Below are positions 22,064-35,371 of a stretch of DNA of 64,000 nucleotides, piece by piece (positions within the stretch are counted from its first letter, which is position 1; each line of letters begins with the position of its first letter). The stretch comes from Nemertoderma westbladi. Its lineage: Eukaryota > Animalia > Xenacoelomorpha. Position numbers and translations under genes: made by a program. The notes under the pieces were generated by a model. The model worked only from the letters and a program-made list of their open reading frames with translations, did no database searches and was not told where the DNA came from. The DNA lies in assembly GCA_032718475.1 (NCBI GenBank), contig JAUCBJ010008829.1, positions 62,001 through 126,000 of the forward strand. Reading direction: 5' to 3'.

Positions 22064-23248
22064 TGTAAAAGCTTTTGCTGAATTGTCCGGTTATTTTTCC
22101 TTATTTTTCCCGTAAAATACTCTGTAGTTGGTTTACCAGGCATAAAAAGGCCGTGTCCTTGCTGTACTGGTGTTTTAGCGGACATAAAAGCTATTTCTTC
22201 TGTATTTGTACTTTAGAGGACATAATCCGTAATTCTGTGACGTAAAAGCTCGATACTCTTGAAAACAGTGTCGCTACCATGACGACGGCTAGCAGCTGAT
22301 ATTGCCACGTCGACGTTTCTTTGTTCTCTCGTTGTTCAGGTTGACCAATCAGAGCGTTTGTTGTCTCTGTGTTGGAGGTATATACAGAAACTCAGTAGTT
22401 CAGTGTTATGTTTTTGCCCAGAGCCTAAGAACCGGCTTTTGGCACCTCCGTGTTTCAGTTTTTAGTCTTACACTAGTAGGTTTAATTATAAGGACATATA
22501 TCCTTTAACTGCTAACTGATCATACATACTGACTGCTGAAACATTGCAAACTCATAACAATCAGTGTTCAGTTGTTGTTTTATACTGCTATTTACTGTCA
22601 GTTCTTCATAATATGGTTGATGAATTATTATATTTGGAATAACGATAAATAACCCCGAAACCCAATATTCTTGATATACCGAAGGTAAGAGAGAAAGGTT
22701 ACAGATAAACGATTGTGACTTATGTTAAAGTGGTTTGAAGTGAATCTAATGTTATTTGATAGACCCTACATGAGTCAGTCTGTGTTCCTTTTATATGTGA
22801 CTAAAATCAGTGAAGATTGGCAGATTAGTGTGCAGTATTGTGCAGCATTGTGTATGAGTGAGTCTGTTAAAGAAGCAATTCCTAAAGAATGCGCCATATA
22901 TGTGAATTATAATTAAGCCATATCGTTGTGAGTAGTTTAAGTCATAACTCTGTTTATATAGATAAAGCGCCACGTCCTAAAGGAACTGTTAATATTCCCG
23001 AAGGTGAATAATATTGTCAGAGATTATATAATACTGTCAGTCGAATAATACATTAGGCTTACATAGCAATAAAATTAAACCGTCGAACCCAATCTCCCGG
23101 GAATATCCAGCGGGTGAATGATCGCGCACAGATTGGTTTCGACTAGTGTAGTGAATCAAATACTTGTCATAGACTAAAAACCGATTTAATATCTGGAAGA
23201 CATCTTAATTTGGTGGGTTAAACTGCCAAAGGTCTGAAAGCGCGAACA
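22064..23248 (+). repeat. 3' LTR of B1
   Basis: Near-identical to 11540-12724, preceded by the short purine tract GGGAGCGG. Confidence 0.95.
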
Positions 23249-23253
23249 CATAG

Positions 23254-24838
23254 AGATAAAGTTAAACAGGAACTTGAAAGTCTGGTTAACAAGGGTATTA
23301 TTGCTCCAGTTGGTGATCGTCCAACTGAATGGTGCCACCCCTTAGTGGTGGTACATTATCCTAATGGTAAAATAGAATGTGCGTTGATCTAACCCACTTA
23401 AATAGTCAAGATAAAAGAGTAATTCATCCAATTCAGACACCTAATGAAGTTGTGAGAAATATAACTCCAAATTCAAAAATTTTCTCTACACTAGACGCAA
23501 AAAAAGGTTATTGGCAAATGCCACTTGATAAAAACTCACAGGATCTAACCTGTTTTCTAACTCCATGGGGGCGCTACATATATTTGAGATCTCCAATGGG
23601 ATTTATTCATACTGGAGCTTCGTATAGTCTACGTGGTGACCTTGCATTTTCTAATCTCCCAAACATTCATAAAATAGTTGACGATATCTTTATTGAAGAT
23701 GAGAACTTTATTGATCATGTAGATCGTGTTTGCCAAACATTAGAGCGATGTGCTAAATATAGCATTACATTAAACAGAGATAAATTTAACTTTGCCAAAT
23801 CATCGGTCAAATTTGCTGGTTTTATTGTTTCTGACCAAGGAGTAAAAGCTGACCTTGATAAAGTAAAAACAATTTGTAAATTTCCTACACCAATATCTAG
23901 GACAGACCTTAGATCTTTTATGGGTCTAGTGCAGCAACTTGGACAATTCTCAGATGAAATAAGTAAAGCCACTACTCCATTGAGAGATATCCTTAAAACC
24001 AAAATGAGTTTATATGGACAACAAACCACCAAGTTGCGTTTGATAATGTGAAACAAGTTTTAGCATCCCCACCAATTCTTAGTACATTTGATCCTAAAGC
24101 AGAAACTGCACTCCATACTGATGCTTCGCGCATACATGGCTTAGGATATGCATTGCTGCAAAAACAAGATGAAAAATGGCGCCTAATACAGTGTGGATCA
24201 CGATTTCTGGGAGAGACAGAGTCGAGATATGCTGTAATTGAATTAGAAGCGTTAGCCATTTTATGGGCAACGAAGAAATGTCACCTCCTCAAATAATCAA
24301 CCAAATCCGCCAATTTTTGTCAATACTGGTGTACCTACACGTTTACGTTCAGATGGTTGCCCGCAATTCAAATCGAAAGAGTTTCAAGATTTTTTGAAAT
24401 TATGGGGTGTAATATGGGTGCCATCTACTCCATATAATCCGCAATCAAATGGACATGCTGAGGTCATGGTGAAATCTCTTAAAAACTTAGTTGCAAAAAA
24501 CATCAGCTAAAGAAGCAGATATTGTGCGACATAAAACAATTGAAAAATCTAAGTTGTATTATGACAAATCGGTACGACAATTGACGAAACTGGAATCCGG
24601 CTCTCCCGTAATAGTTCAAAATCCTATCACCAAACGTTGGGACGAAAGGGGAACAATTGTCCACATGGGACAATCTCGAGACTACAGAATCCTATTCCCT
24701 TCAGGGAGAACCTTATGGCGTAACAGACGATTTTTACGTCCCATACCAGATGATAATAAGAATACTGAATCCCCAAAAACAGAAGTTCCACGACGCAGCA
24801 CACGCACTCTCAGAAAAACTGTACATTTTTCTACCTAA
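23254..24838 (+). pseudogene. pol: Gypsy G RT, RNase H and deleted integrase
   Basis: WCHP, MCVDL, LDAKKGYWQ, PMG, IVDDI; HTDAS..GLG, YAVIELEALAI; RSDGCPQF, PQSNGHAE; WRNRRFLR. Confidence 0.9.
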
Positions 24839-24993
24839 AAGTTTATAAAATTTTTTTTTAGTTATTAATTTTCGATTTGACTCGTATATATATGCCGGTA
24901 CCATATATTTGCTATTTAAAAAAAAGGAGATGATGTATACACATTATATATATCAATTATTTACTTCAAATGAGAGTTGTAATATTCATACTG

Positions 24994-26201
24994 TGTAAAA
25001 GCTTTTGCGGAATTGCCCGGTTATTTTTCCTTATTTTTCCCGTAAAATACTCTGTAGTTGGTTTAGTAGGCGTAAGAGGCCGTATTATTGCTGTATCGGT
25101 GTTTTTTAGAGGACCTAAGAGCTATTTCTTCCGTATGAGTACTTTGGAAGACATGGTTGGTGATTCTATGGCAATTCTATGAAGCAAAATAGCTAGATCC
25201 TCTTGAAACAGTAGTTACTATGACGACGGTTAACAGCTGAGCTGTATAGGTGTCAATTTTCTTTGTTCTACGGTGTCTCTTAGTTCAGTCAACCAATCAG
25301 AGCATTTTTACTGCTCTTGTACAGAAATTTCCTAGAAATCACGCAATGCTTTATGGGCAGTGTTTACATTCAGTCCTGAGCCCAAGAAAGAACGGCTTTT
25401 GGAATATCTGTGTTTTCAGCTCTTTAGCCCAACACTAGTAGGCTTAATTATAGGGACATATATTCGTTATCTTACTGACCTAACTCAACTGGGCAATGCA
25501 TATATCTTATCGTACATACTTTTATATCGTTATACTGCTATTTACTGTCGGTTATTCACTATATATGGTTGATGAAATATTATATTTGGAATAACGAGAA
25601 ATAATCACGAAACCCCAATATTCTTGATATACCGAAGGTAAGAGAGACCGGTTACATATAACGATTGCGACTTATGTTAAAGTGGTTTGAAGTGAATCTA
25701 ATGTTATTTGATAGACCCTACATGAGTCGGTCTGTGTTCCTTTTATATGTGACTAAAATTAGTGAAGATCGGCAGATTGGTGTGCAGTATTGTGCAGCAT
25801 TGTTTATGAGTGAGACTGATAACGAAGCATTTCCTAAAGAATGCGCCATATATGTGAATTATAACTAAGCCATATCGTTGTGTGTAGTTTAAGTCATAAC
25901 TCTGTTTATATAGATAGAACGCCACGTCCTAAAGGAACTGTTAATATTCCCCAAGGTGAATAATATTTGTCAGAGATTATATAATACGATCAGTCGAATA
26001 ATACAGTAGGCTTACATAGCAATACGATTAAGCCGTCGAACCCAATCTCCCGGGTATATCCAGCGGGTGAATGATCGCGCATAGATTGGTTTCGACTAGT
26101 GTAGTGAATCAAATATTTGTCATAGGCTAAAAGCGATTTATTATCTAGAAGATATCCTAATTTGGCGGGTTAAACTGCCAAAGGTCTTAAAAGCGCGAAC
26201 A
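24994..26201 (+). repeat. 5' LTR of B2
   Basis: TGTAAAAGC...GCGCGAACA. Confidence 0.95.
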
Positions 26202-26214
26202 ATAACGGATATAT
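26202..26214 (+). promoter_or_regulatory. Non-tRNA PBS of B2, complementary to its LTR (25458-25470; 51804-51816)
   Basis: ATAACGGATATAT pairs with ATATATCCGTTAT (3' LTR, exact) and ATATATTCGTTAT (5' LTR, one G-U). Confidence 0.75.
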
Positions 26215-28464
26215 ATCTGTATTGCAGTGTAGGCACTAAATACAGTTTAATATTGTTCTGGTAAGAACAATAACTGATATTGCTTCTGTATTGCGGTAGG
26301 CAATAAAGCTAAAGTACCGGTCGACCGGTAACCAGTAGGCCTGATTGCCTGATCACCCGTACGGGTACTTACTGCAGTACAGGTACAACAGTATTATTCG
26401 ATTGTGATATTGTATATCGGTAGGCCTTAATATTAAATCAGGGAGGGCCCGCCCTGGTTTTTTATTGAGATTTTACTTATTTCTGTCAGTTTTATTTATT
26501 TGTAGGCCAATGTTGAGCAGAAGGCGTGTAAGCCTGTTCAGATTGTATAGAGAATTTGTAGGCTGGGCTGTTGTCTGACTGTTGTTAAGTCTGAGGGGAC
26601 TGCAGTGTGTGTAGAGCATCTGTCCGATAGAGTGCTAGTTAGGAAAGTGGGGGCAGCTTGAGCTGTAAGGTAAACCCCTCGAAAAGAATAAGTCGTACTA
26701 CCAAGTAGAACGCATACTAACTAATTATTTCGGAGTCTGCATATACTGTAATTTATTTAGGCTTGATAGTAGTCTGCCAGCGTTTGGTTTATATTTTGTT
26801 TGTGTAGTCTGTACGGGTAGCGTAATATTCTTATTTGAATAATTTGTAGGCTGGATTGTTGTCTGGCTGTTGTTGAGTTTGAACGGACCGCCGTGTGTGT
26901 AGAGCATCTGTCCGATAGAGTGCTAGTTAGGAAAGTGGGGGCAGCTTGAGCTGTAAGGTAAACCCCTCGAAAAGAATAAGTCGTACTGCCAAGTAGAACG
27001 CATACTAACTAATTATTTGGGAGTCTGCATATACTGTGGTTTATTTAGGCTTAGTAATAGTTGGCCAGCATTTAGTCTGTATTTTGTTTGAGTAGTTTGT
27101 ACGCGTAGCGTAATATTTATTATTCAGAGTTTATGCGATTATTCGCAACATTCACTTCCCCAAGTTTATTCCTACAGTAATTGTGCTTGTTATACATACC
27201 GTTATAGTTAAATTAACCCCGGTACTACATCAGGGCTGCTTGGCGTAGGTAAAGACTGGAGATTTTGTGCTTTGGTCACTCCGGCAGATACCGTGGTTCT
27301 TTTAGCTGTTCAAGTATTTCTAACTGCTAGTTATCTGTTTTATTAGTACTTGTACCTAATTTAGGGTTTAGTGTACAGTGCTTTCCGAAAGTAATTAGTG
27401 TGTAGGCAGTATATTTGTGTTGTAAAGTGGTTAATAGGCGCGTTGGTTCTGGTAGACCGCGGTAATTAATCTCTAGGTAGGAACAATCCGTGATACATAA
27501 CGTAGTACCTATAGCGATACGGCTATAGGTCGTCAGACGGTGGTATTTTCCTATCTGGACAGCGCAATATATTTACTACTACTTATTATTTTCAAATACC
27601 GTAGTATCCTGTCCGTTGTAATAACCAGAAATTCTAACCTTCTGTTAGACTGGTTTGTAGTTCCCTGTAAAATTACCCTAAAATTTCGTACGTAATATTC
27701 TGTTTGTTGTGTTTAATTAGAGATTTAATCTCACCCGAATCGTAAGTAATTAGTAGATAAGTAACTTAGGAAGTAGAATTATTTGTTTTAGTGTCCACTA
27801 AGTAGCACTTCACTGAGAGCGCACAGCTTTTGTGTAGTGATTACTTCTCAGAAATAATAACATCTATTTCAATATTATAACAAAACCCTCATACGGGTAT
27901 ATATATATTATAAAATAAAATAAAATCTATTTATAAAATAGTAGGCCTGCCATACAACAATTAGGTCTCAATACCAGTTGGACTACTGCTCAAGTAACGG
28001 TAATAGAGTAAGTAAAGTAACAAAGTAACCCAAGTAACCCTAAATTTCAGAAATTCAATTATTCTAAAATAATTGATATACCGGTATTTCCCATAGGCTT
28101 ATTATATTTATTTTTATAAATTTAGGCTGAAATCATACCGGTATTCTGTAATTAATTATAATCCATAATTATACTTATATATACTATAAGTGTAAGCTGT
28201 ATACCGGTATTCAAGATAGGCCTATTATATACTTATATATATTTGTGCTGAAACTACATACCGGTATTCTGTGACAAATCTAGTCTGTAATAATACTTAT
28301 ATATACTATAAGTGTATACCGGTATTCTAATATATTGTGTGTATATATACAGCTACACTGAGTAGCAGTATAAGTAATTGATTACTAGGCTAGCAGTGAT
28401 ACTGAATTACTAGACTTGCTTTAACTGTATTTATAGCAGTAGGCATTCAACTGTATAAACCGAA

Positions 28465-31400
28465 ATGTCTGACACCAAGCAAAACCTATCAGACAGTCTC
28501 CTAGATACAACCATCTGTGACTCAGATAGGGGTGTGGAACCGTCGGGACCTAAGTTCAGATCACCTCCTACTGTAAGGAAGGTTATCCCCCCTCCAGACT
28601 CCAGACTGTTGAGCTAATGCCCGAACACGGAGCGAAGATGGCGGATACGGTTTATGTGGACCCCCTTCTTGTTCTTCCGGCAGCAGTACTAACTACGGTG
28701 TTAGTTGCGGTAGAAGAACACCAACACGATTGGGTTAAAAGTGGGCAGGCGACTAAAGATAATTATGCGGGATACTCGAAGGAAGAACTGATATCTATTG
28801 TCGAATCACAATGGAACTTCCCCGGACTCGGACTCCCGTTTGACTTATCAGAAGCCACCTGGGATGATATACACCGGATGGGAGTGGCCAAGGATACCGT
28901 TGATCCAGCTGTTTGGAAGAGGTCGGCAGCTGGATATGTGCAAGGGTTCTTCGGCTCTTTGGAGCGATTAGAAGAACAGCTGTTTCGACAACAACGAGGA
29001 CCTCAAGAGCAGGAAAAGCTGCTTTATCAAGTACGCGAAAGAACTCTACGCATTAGACTAATCTTATCGGCTTTTGAGGAAACATCCAAAAGAAAACAGG
29101 ACACGTCGTTGCAAGTTGCTGTCAAGACTTGGTTCCAGCGGGTGAGCCTCAAGGTTCAAGAAACAGCCAAGTGGAAAGCTCAGTTGGCTGAGCGCCCCTA
29201 CCACTATGAAGAATCAACCGATGCCACCTTTTCTCAAGTGGAAAGCGAAGTAACAGCAGCCGAGAAGCTGCGAACTAGAGACGCTATTGACATTTATCTG
29301 TCCGACTATCAGCGATTCCTAGGAGACGAAGAGTTGAGGAGACGGCTGGCTGGACTTTCCCCTAATAGTGAAGGAGCCAAGCATGTGTTGGACGCAATCG
29401 ATGCGGAAATGTTGGCTGCGAACCAAGCTAAATTTGATGAATGTCTCCACATCGCTAGAGTCCAAGAAGAACAAGTAAAGAAAAGGCGGATAGAAGACAG
29501 AAAGGCAACAGCAGTAGCAGTGGCAATGGCAGCGGCCGAAGCAGACAGAAAGGCAGCAGCAGTAGCAGCGGCAATGGCAGCAGCCGAAGCAGACAGAAAG
29601 GCGGCCGAAGCAGACAGAAAAGCAGCGGAGGCAGTGGCAGAAGCCGAATGGAGAGCGTCTGAAGAGGCTACCCAACTGGAGTTGGAAAATCTGCAAGAGA
29701 CGCAAGACCACATAAATAAACAGTTAACTGAGAGTCGAATGCAGATGATGAATCGATCTACTTCCAAACGCCAAGGTTATACATCATCGGAGGAGGGAGA
29801 TACCACTGATCCTGAAGGCGGAGGAAATAGATCTCGTCTCAGTAGGCGTAGAAGAACATCTCACTGTCATAAATTGCCCGATTTGCCCCCCGCTGTTAGA
29901 AGACAATTAGCTAGCACAGCCGTAGGTAGTACAGAACCCACAGACCAAATTATTACCGTAAACAAACTCCCTACTATAGTAGATAAGCCGGAAATAATTA
30001 GGCCTGTTCTCGAAGCCACCCCTTCGGTGCTAGAGACACCTGTACTCCCGGAAATAAACTCTAGATTCCCTTTGCACAGCACAAAACTATCTGTGCCATC
30101 TTTGCCTAGTAGAACAGCCCCTGAAACGGTTCCTGTCATGGACTCCGAGCGAATGGATTTATCGCCCGTGGTCCCTTGTCTGCCCGCTACGACGTTGGCG
30201 GATCCCGCTTCGGCGGTTGAATGGGTAGATGAGGGGCGGCGAGGGATGAATCTCCTGCTCGGACAGATGCAGGAGACTGTCCACCAACTCAAGGGAACAG
30301 TAAGGGAAAGTAAACTAGAGTTGCAAGAAGTGCAGCAAAGTATCGCGTTAGAACGCGATAAATTAGTAAATATACAAAAGGGTATACCACCACCCTCTGT
30401 AACAATGTGTCAACCCGTTAGGTCTGAAGTATCTCATGCGCAAGGTGTGGAGCCTACACGCATCTATACTGCTAGTGAAGTAGAAACTCCTATAGTAAAC
30501 CCTATTAAGGGTAATTATAGACCTGTTGACAGTGATATTCCATATAGACCTGATCATAATCCGAGAAATTTATATACCGATAATTCGATATTAAATAATA
30601 CGATGGCCCAAGAAAGTTTTACGCGTCAAATGGCTAGAACCGAAGCCCGTCAAGCGGTAAAGGTTGGAGAGATCCTCAAGTTCAATGGAGATGAGATGAA
30701 ATGGTTACCTTTTAATGAATATTACAAAGATAACATACAGAACTCTGTACTATCTAACGGAGAGAAACTCAGATACCTCATTGAATGCTTGGAAGGACCT
30801 CCCAAGTTAATGGCGTTAAAATTTATTGGACATCCAGACGGATTAAGACAAGTTTGGGATACTCTAAACTTCAGATATGGTAATAGGAATAACATAGCTG
30901 GGTATTTGTATGCAAAATTGGTAGCGCCCCGAAAGTTTATTAGCAGCGGGATTATAGAGTTTTCCGATGAAATTCAGGAGATCTGCAGACAATTAGATTG
31001 GCTAGGTAAGTCTCATGAGTATCAGAGTGCTATAGTTATTAGAGCAGTGACTTCCACTTTACCGAAGGGTGGAGTAGCTAACCGTTGGGATAAGAAAGTG
31101 TTATATATGATGGAACAACAACAACGGGACCCTACCATGGCTGATCTCATGTCATTCTTGGATGGTGAGGTGAAATTACAGCTCATAAAGCAGTCCAGAG
31201 AGAAGACAGCGGAAAGTAAGGTAAGTGAGAAACCCGTTTCTAGAAGAAAGGTAACACCAGTGTGTTATACAGACGACGGCGAAAGCCAACTCTCTCAGGG
31301 GGAGGACAGCGGGAAAGACACTGAAAGATCATACTATGTCAATAAATCTCCCAAAGATGTAAGTAAACTCAAGTCTCGAACCAATGACCGGAGAGAGCAG

Positions 31401-31970
31401 GTAAGAAAAACTCCTCCCACGTCTCCTAAGAGAATTCATGTGAGAAAACCTGAGGAAAGAACCCGGGTGAACAACGCGAACAACTCAGAGCCTATTAAGG
31501 TAAGCAACATCAAAGCTAAATGTGTGTTGTGTGACGGACCGCACCGTCTAAATACTTGTGATGAATTCTTAAGGAAATCATTGAAGGAGAGACGTGAAGT
31601 CATGTGGGATAAGCGGTTGTGTTATAATTGCCTCAGACAAGGACACCAACGGCGAACCTGTTATTCCGACGCAAAGTGCAATAAGTGCGGAGCGAAACAT
31701 CATAGCTTGTTGCACGCTGAATTCGATCGAAACAGCCCGAATCAGGTAAGTGAGTCCGAACTACATGTCCAATTCAGTGATGTGAACGACACTGACCAAA
31801 GTTCTGAGATGGAAGGATTCTATACTGACGAATTCTCAGATGAAGATGAATCCTGTTATCTAATAAACACCGCAGTGTATCGAGCACTTACTTATGAAAA
31901 AGACACAGACAGCGACCTCACCCTAACTACTTCTGATCAACAACCATCTTGGAAAGCGCCAACTTCCAAT
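28465..31970 (+). pseudogene. gag: B2 Gag (family ATG at 28465, frameshift near 28600, ORF from 28617), cut by a LINE insertion
   Basis: Core nearly identical to B1 gag, with three BEL zinc knuckles. Confidence 0.9.
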
Positions 31971-34900
31971 GTTCCGAAAACGCGTTCTTTTACGCGACGA
32001 TGTTGTTATTGACAAGTTCAATTCAAGATTAAAATAGGAGTTATCGGCCCGACGGATAATTGGCTTTCCTGAACTTAATTTAAATATTTGTTTTTGGAAT
32101 ATTGCAGGATGCAAGGACAAACTTTCTAGTGGTAGTATTATATCGTTCATAGTAAACTATGATTTAGTTTATATATCAGAGACTAAAACGGCCGCCAGTG
32201 TTTCTGTACCAGGTTTTGCGACTATTTCAAACCCGTCAAAGTCACCACATCGTGGTGGTATAATCTTACTTGTTAAATACGCTATACTCGACAGAATCAA
32301 ATCTATAGATAAGTCAGTAGAAGGTCAGATATGGATTGAGTTTGACTATATAGCTGATATATTGTTTGGTGGAGTCTATATTCCGCCGAATGATAGTCTG
32401 TACTACGATGATTCATTATTCGCCGAACTGCACCACAAATTTGGCTCGTCAAAAGATTTCGTTGCGTTAGGTGATTTTAACGCTCGTGTCGGCATTCCAC
32501 AAATCTATGATATCGACAATGAGATAAATACAAGTAATCTACACTATAGAAATGTATCTGATCTAACAGTTAACAAAAGTGGTCAAATTCTACAGTGCAT
32601 TTGCACAGCTACAAATTCGATTGTTTGTAATAATCTTTGTTCTGGGTACTCTAACCTAGGAGGAGGTCTAACTTATAATTAAGGTGGTAAATGGGTGTCA
32701 GAAATCGATCTTTGCGTGTCGAGCTCTAATATTTATGGTACAATTGCAACGCTCGACGTACATCAAGACATTCTAGGTTCCGATCACGCACCAATATCTA
32801 TTTTGGTTAAGGTTGATAGAGAAAACTTTCGTGTTGATAAGAAGGGTCTATTTACTCGTAGTATGAGTTTGGGTCATTCAATTTATGAAGACGGTGACGC
32901 TGTTAAGCTTACTGGAGTAGCCATGGATATCAAAGGACTTTCCCATAAATTTGTCGAATGCGACAAGTTTGAGGCTAGGATTGCGCAATGTGATCCTCCT
33001 GTTATCTCGGATACTAACGATGTCGATACGTTGTTGGACTCGTTCTTTGGGACAATCGATGAAGCAGCCCGATCGTGTCGAAGATCTCGTAACGATCCAG
33101 TGATCACAAGGGATCCTGATGCATGTCGATGGGATCATATCATCAACTCAAATGATCCTAAAAGTTTATGGAAAGCTCTTGACTGGAATGGAACCATTTC
33201 ATTTGAAGATGAGAATAATGCAAATACTGCACCTGAAGATGAGGAGTTTAGGACTCATTTTGAGTCTCTTCTCAATCCTAGCGAACCTGCAGACATTGAC
33301 TCCGACATCACTAGTACTATTTACGTACCATGTCTGGATAATCCATTTACTCAACGCGAATTTGCCGAAGGTTTGGCCAATATGAAAACCAACAAAGGCT
33401 ATATTGGGGTAAGCCCCGGCTTGCTAACTAGGCTTCCAGGTGCATGGCTAATATTCATCTTATCAATCTTTAATTTAATATTTATTGGTGCAATATATCC
33501 TGTAAAATGGGCTGTTAGTAAATTAATAACGTGTTTCAAATCTGGTAATAGATTAGATTGTGGCAATTACCGTGGTCTTAGTATAATGACAACACTGTTA
33601 AAGTTTTTTGATATATTAATTTACAATCGGTTAAAATATTGGATTAATTTAGATAAATGTCAGGCAGGAGCTCAAAAAGGCCGAGGGTGCATTGAACACA
33701 TCCTCGGACTTCGACTCATTATAGATTATGCAATTTTCAAGAAGTCTAAATTATACGTCGTTTTCATTGATTTTAGTAAGGCGTATGACCGTGTTCCACG
33801 TGATAAAATGTTTGAACTACTTAAATCTTCAGGGTGTGGTTTTCGGATGTTATTTATTATTAAAGCGCTGTATTCTGCAACAAAATCTATCTTAAGATCT
33901 GCTGTAATTCTGACTACTATTGGGGTCCGCCAGGGGGCGCCTTCAAGCGGGATTTTATTTTGTATGTATCTTAATAAACTTGTTATCATGTTAAAAGAAG
34001 CTGTTAAATGTGATGTTTTCCTTGGTGCTTTAGTTTGCCTTTTGTTTATGGACGATACAGTAATAGTATCAACTTCTAGGAAAAATTGTGAAATTAAATT
34101 ACGTGCTCTATACGATTATTGTACTGTTTTTGGTATGGTAATTAATCAAAAGAAAAGCGAATTTTTTGTAATAAACGGTAATGTTGATGACAGTAAACCA
34201 TTTATTTTAGGTACTACAGTTATTTCTACATGTGAATTTTATGTTTATTTAGGTTCTGTTTTCGCCGCTGATGGCCGCATATCTACTGCACTAAAACACC
34301 ATATTATCATATGTGAGAGAACAATTAATAAATTTGCAATATTTTGCAGTAAGAATACATCACTCCCATTCGCTTTAAAGAAAAAGGTTTTTGATGCATA
34401 TGTATAATATCTTCTATTTTATATGGTTGTGAAACATGGTTGTCTGTTAATGCATGTACTAAGCAAATTGAACCGGTCTTCAATAGGTTAATTAAAACTT
34501 TACTTTCAGTACGTCAACAAACACCAATTGATTTGTGCTTAATTGAGTTTAATATCCCACCACTTAGTCACTATATTGTAAATGCTAGACTTAAATATGT
34601 GAAAAATATGTTTAAGTTACCCGTGCACGATACTGATGTGCCTTTATATTATATTTATGATCTTTGTAAAGCTGCAAACACTCCCGGATATCGTTGTTTA
34701 ATGTCAGCACTTGACTACAAGGTCGATGACCCCCTAACTTCCGTCCGTTTATGTGTATTAAATAAACCACTTTCAGCTACCAAGTTCCGTACTTACAGTG
34801 ACACTATCAACCCTGGCCTTACTGCTCATCCACTATACAGTTGCTTGAAACCCATCATCCCAGACTTTAAACGTGTCCATTTCACCAGACTCCGTCTCAT

Positions 34901-35301
34901 GTCACATAGACTCCGAGTGGAAACTGGTCGATGGACTCGTGTTGCTCCTGAGTTACGTGTTTGCTATTGTGATAATACCTCTGTACAAAATGAACACCAC
35001 GTACTATTAAAATGCCCGATATCTGAACACATTAGAATTAAGTTTGTACAGTTAGATTTCACCGATTTATCTTCATTATTTTCTACCGATTTACTAGTTG
35101 ATCTGTGCAGTTATGTCTCTGAAGTCCTATGTCTTTATTATTGAATTAATCTAGTGCTAATTACTCTAGTTATTGATATTATTTCACGTATTAATTATTG
35201 TGCTATATATATATATACATATTATTCAGAAATTGATTTGGAATTGTGCGCCATTATTATGATATTATAGGCCGGACGGGCTGCATACCGTCTACTACTA
35301 C
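31971..35301 (+). mobile_element. RTEX-like LINE, 5'-truncated within the end of ORF1; APE-RT ORF2 with a few stops or frameshifts
   Basis: ORF1 tail RVLLRDDVVIDKF. Motifs FWNIAG, ISETK, GVYIPP, GDFNARVG, GSDH, FIDFSKAYD, GVRQG, FMDD. C-terminus RLRLMSHRLRVETGRW..C.C..EHHVLLKCP. (CTA)n tail. No TSD. Confidence 0.88.
32695..35144 (+). pseudogene. RTEX-like ORF2, RT and C-terminal Cys/His domain
   Basis: ORFs 32695-34407 and 34440-35144 are separated by a frameshift. The APE part lies at ~32080-32680. Confidence 0.88.
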
Positions 35302-35371
35302 TAGGAATCCGAAAATTTCCTGTAGTCCAGTTACGGGTCCACGGACCTCAAAGGAGCTATATAGTGAACGC

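Larger units (their letters stand above)
11540..23248 (+). mobile_element. BEL/Pao LTR element B1, non-autonomous (gag-protease only), recent
   Basis: 1185-bp LTRs at 11540-12724 and 22064-23248 with about 2 visible differences. TSD CATAG at 11535-11539 and 23249-23253. Confidence 0.95.
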
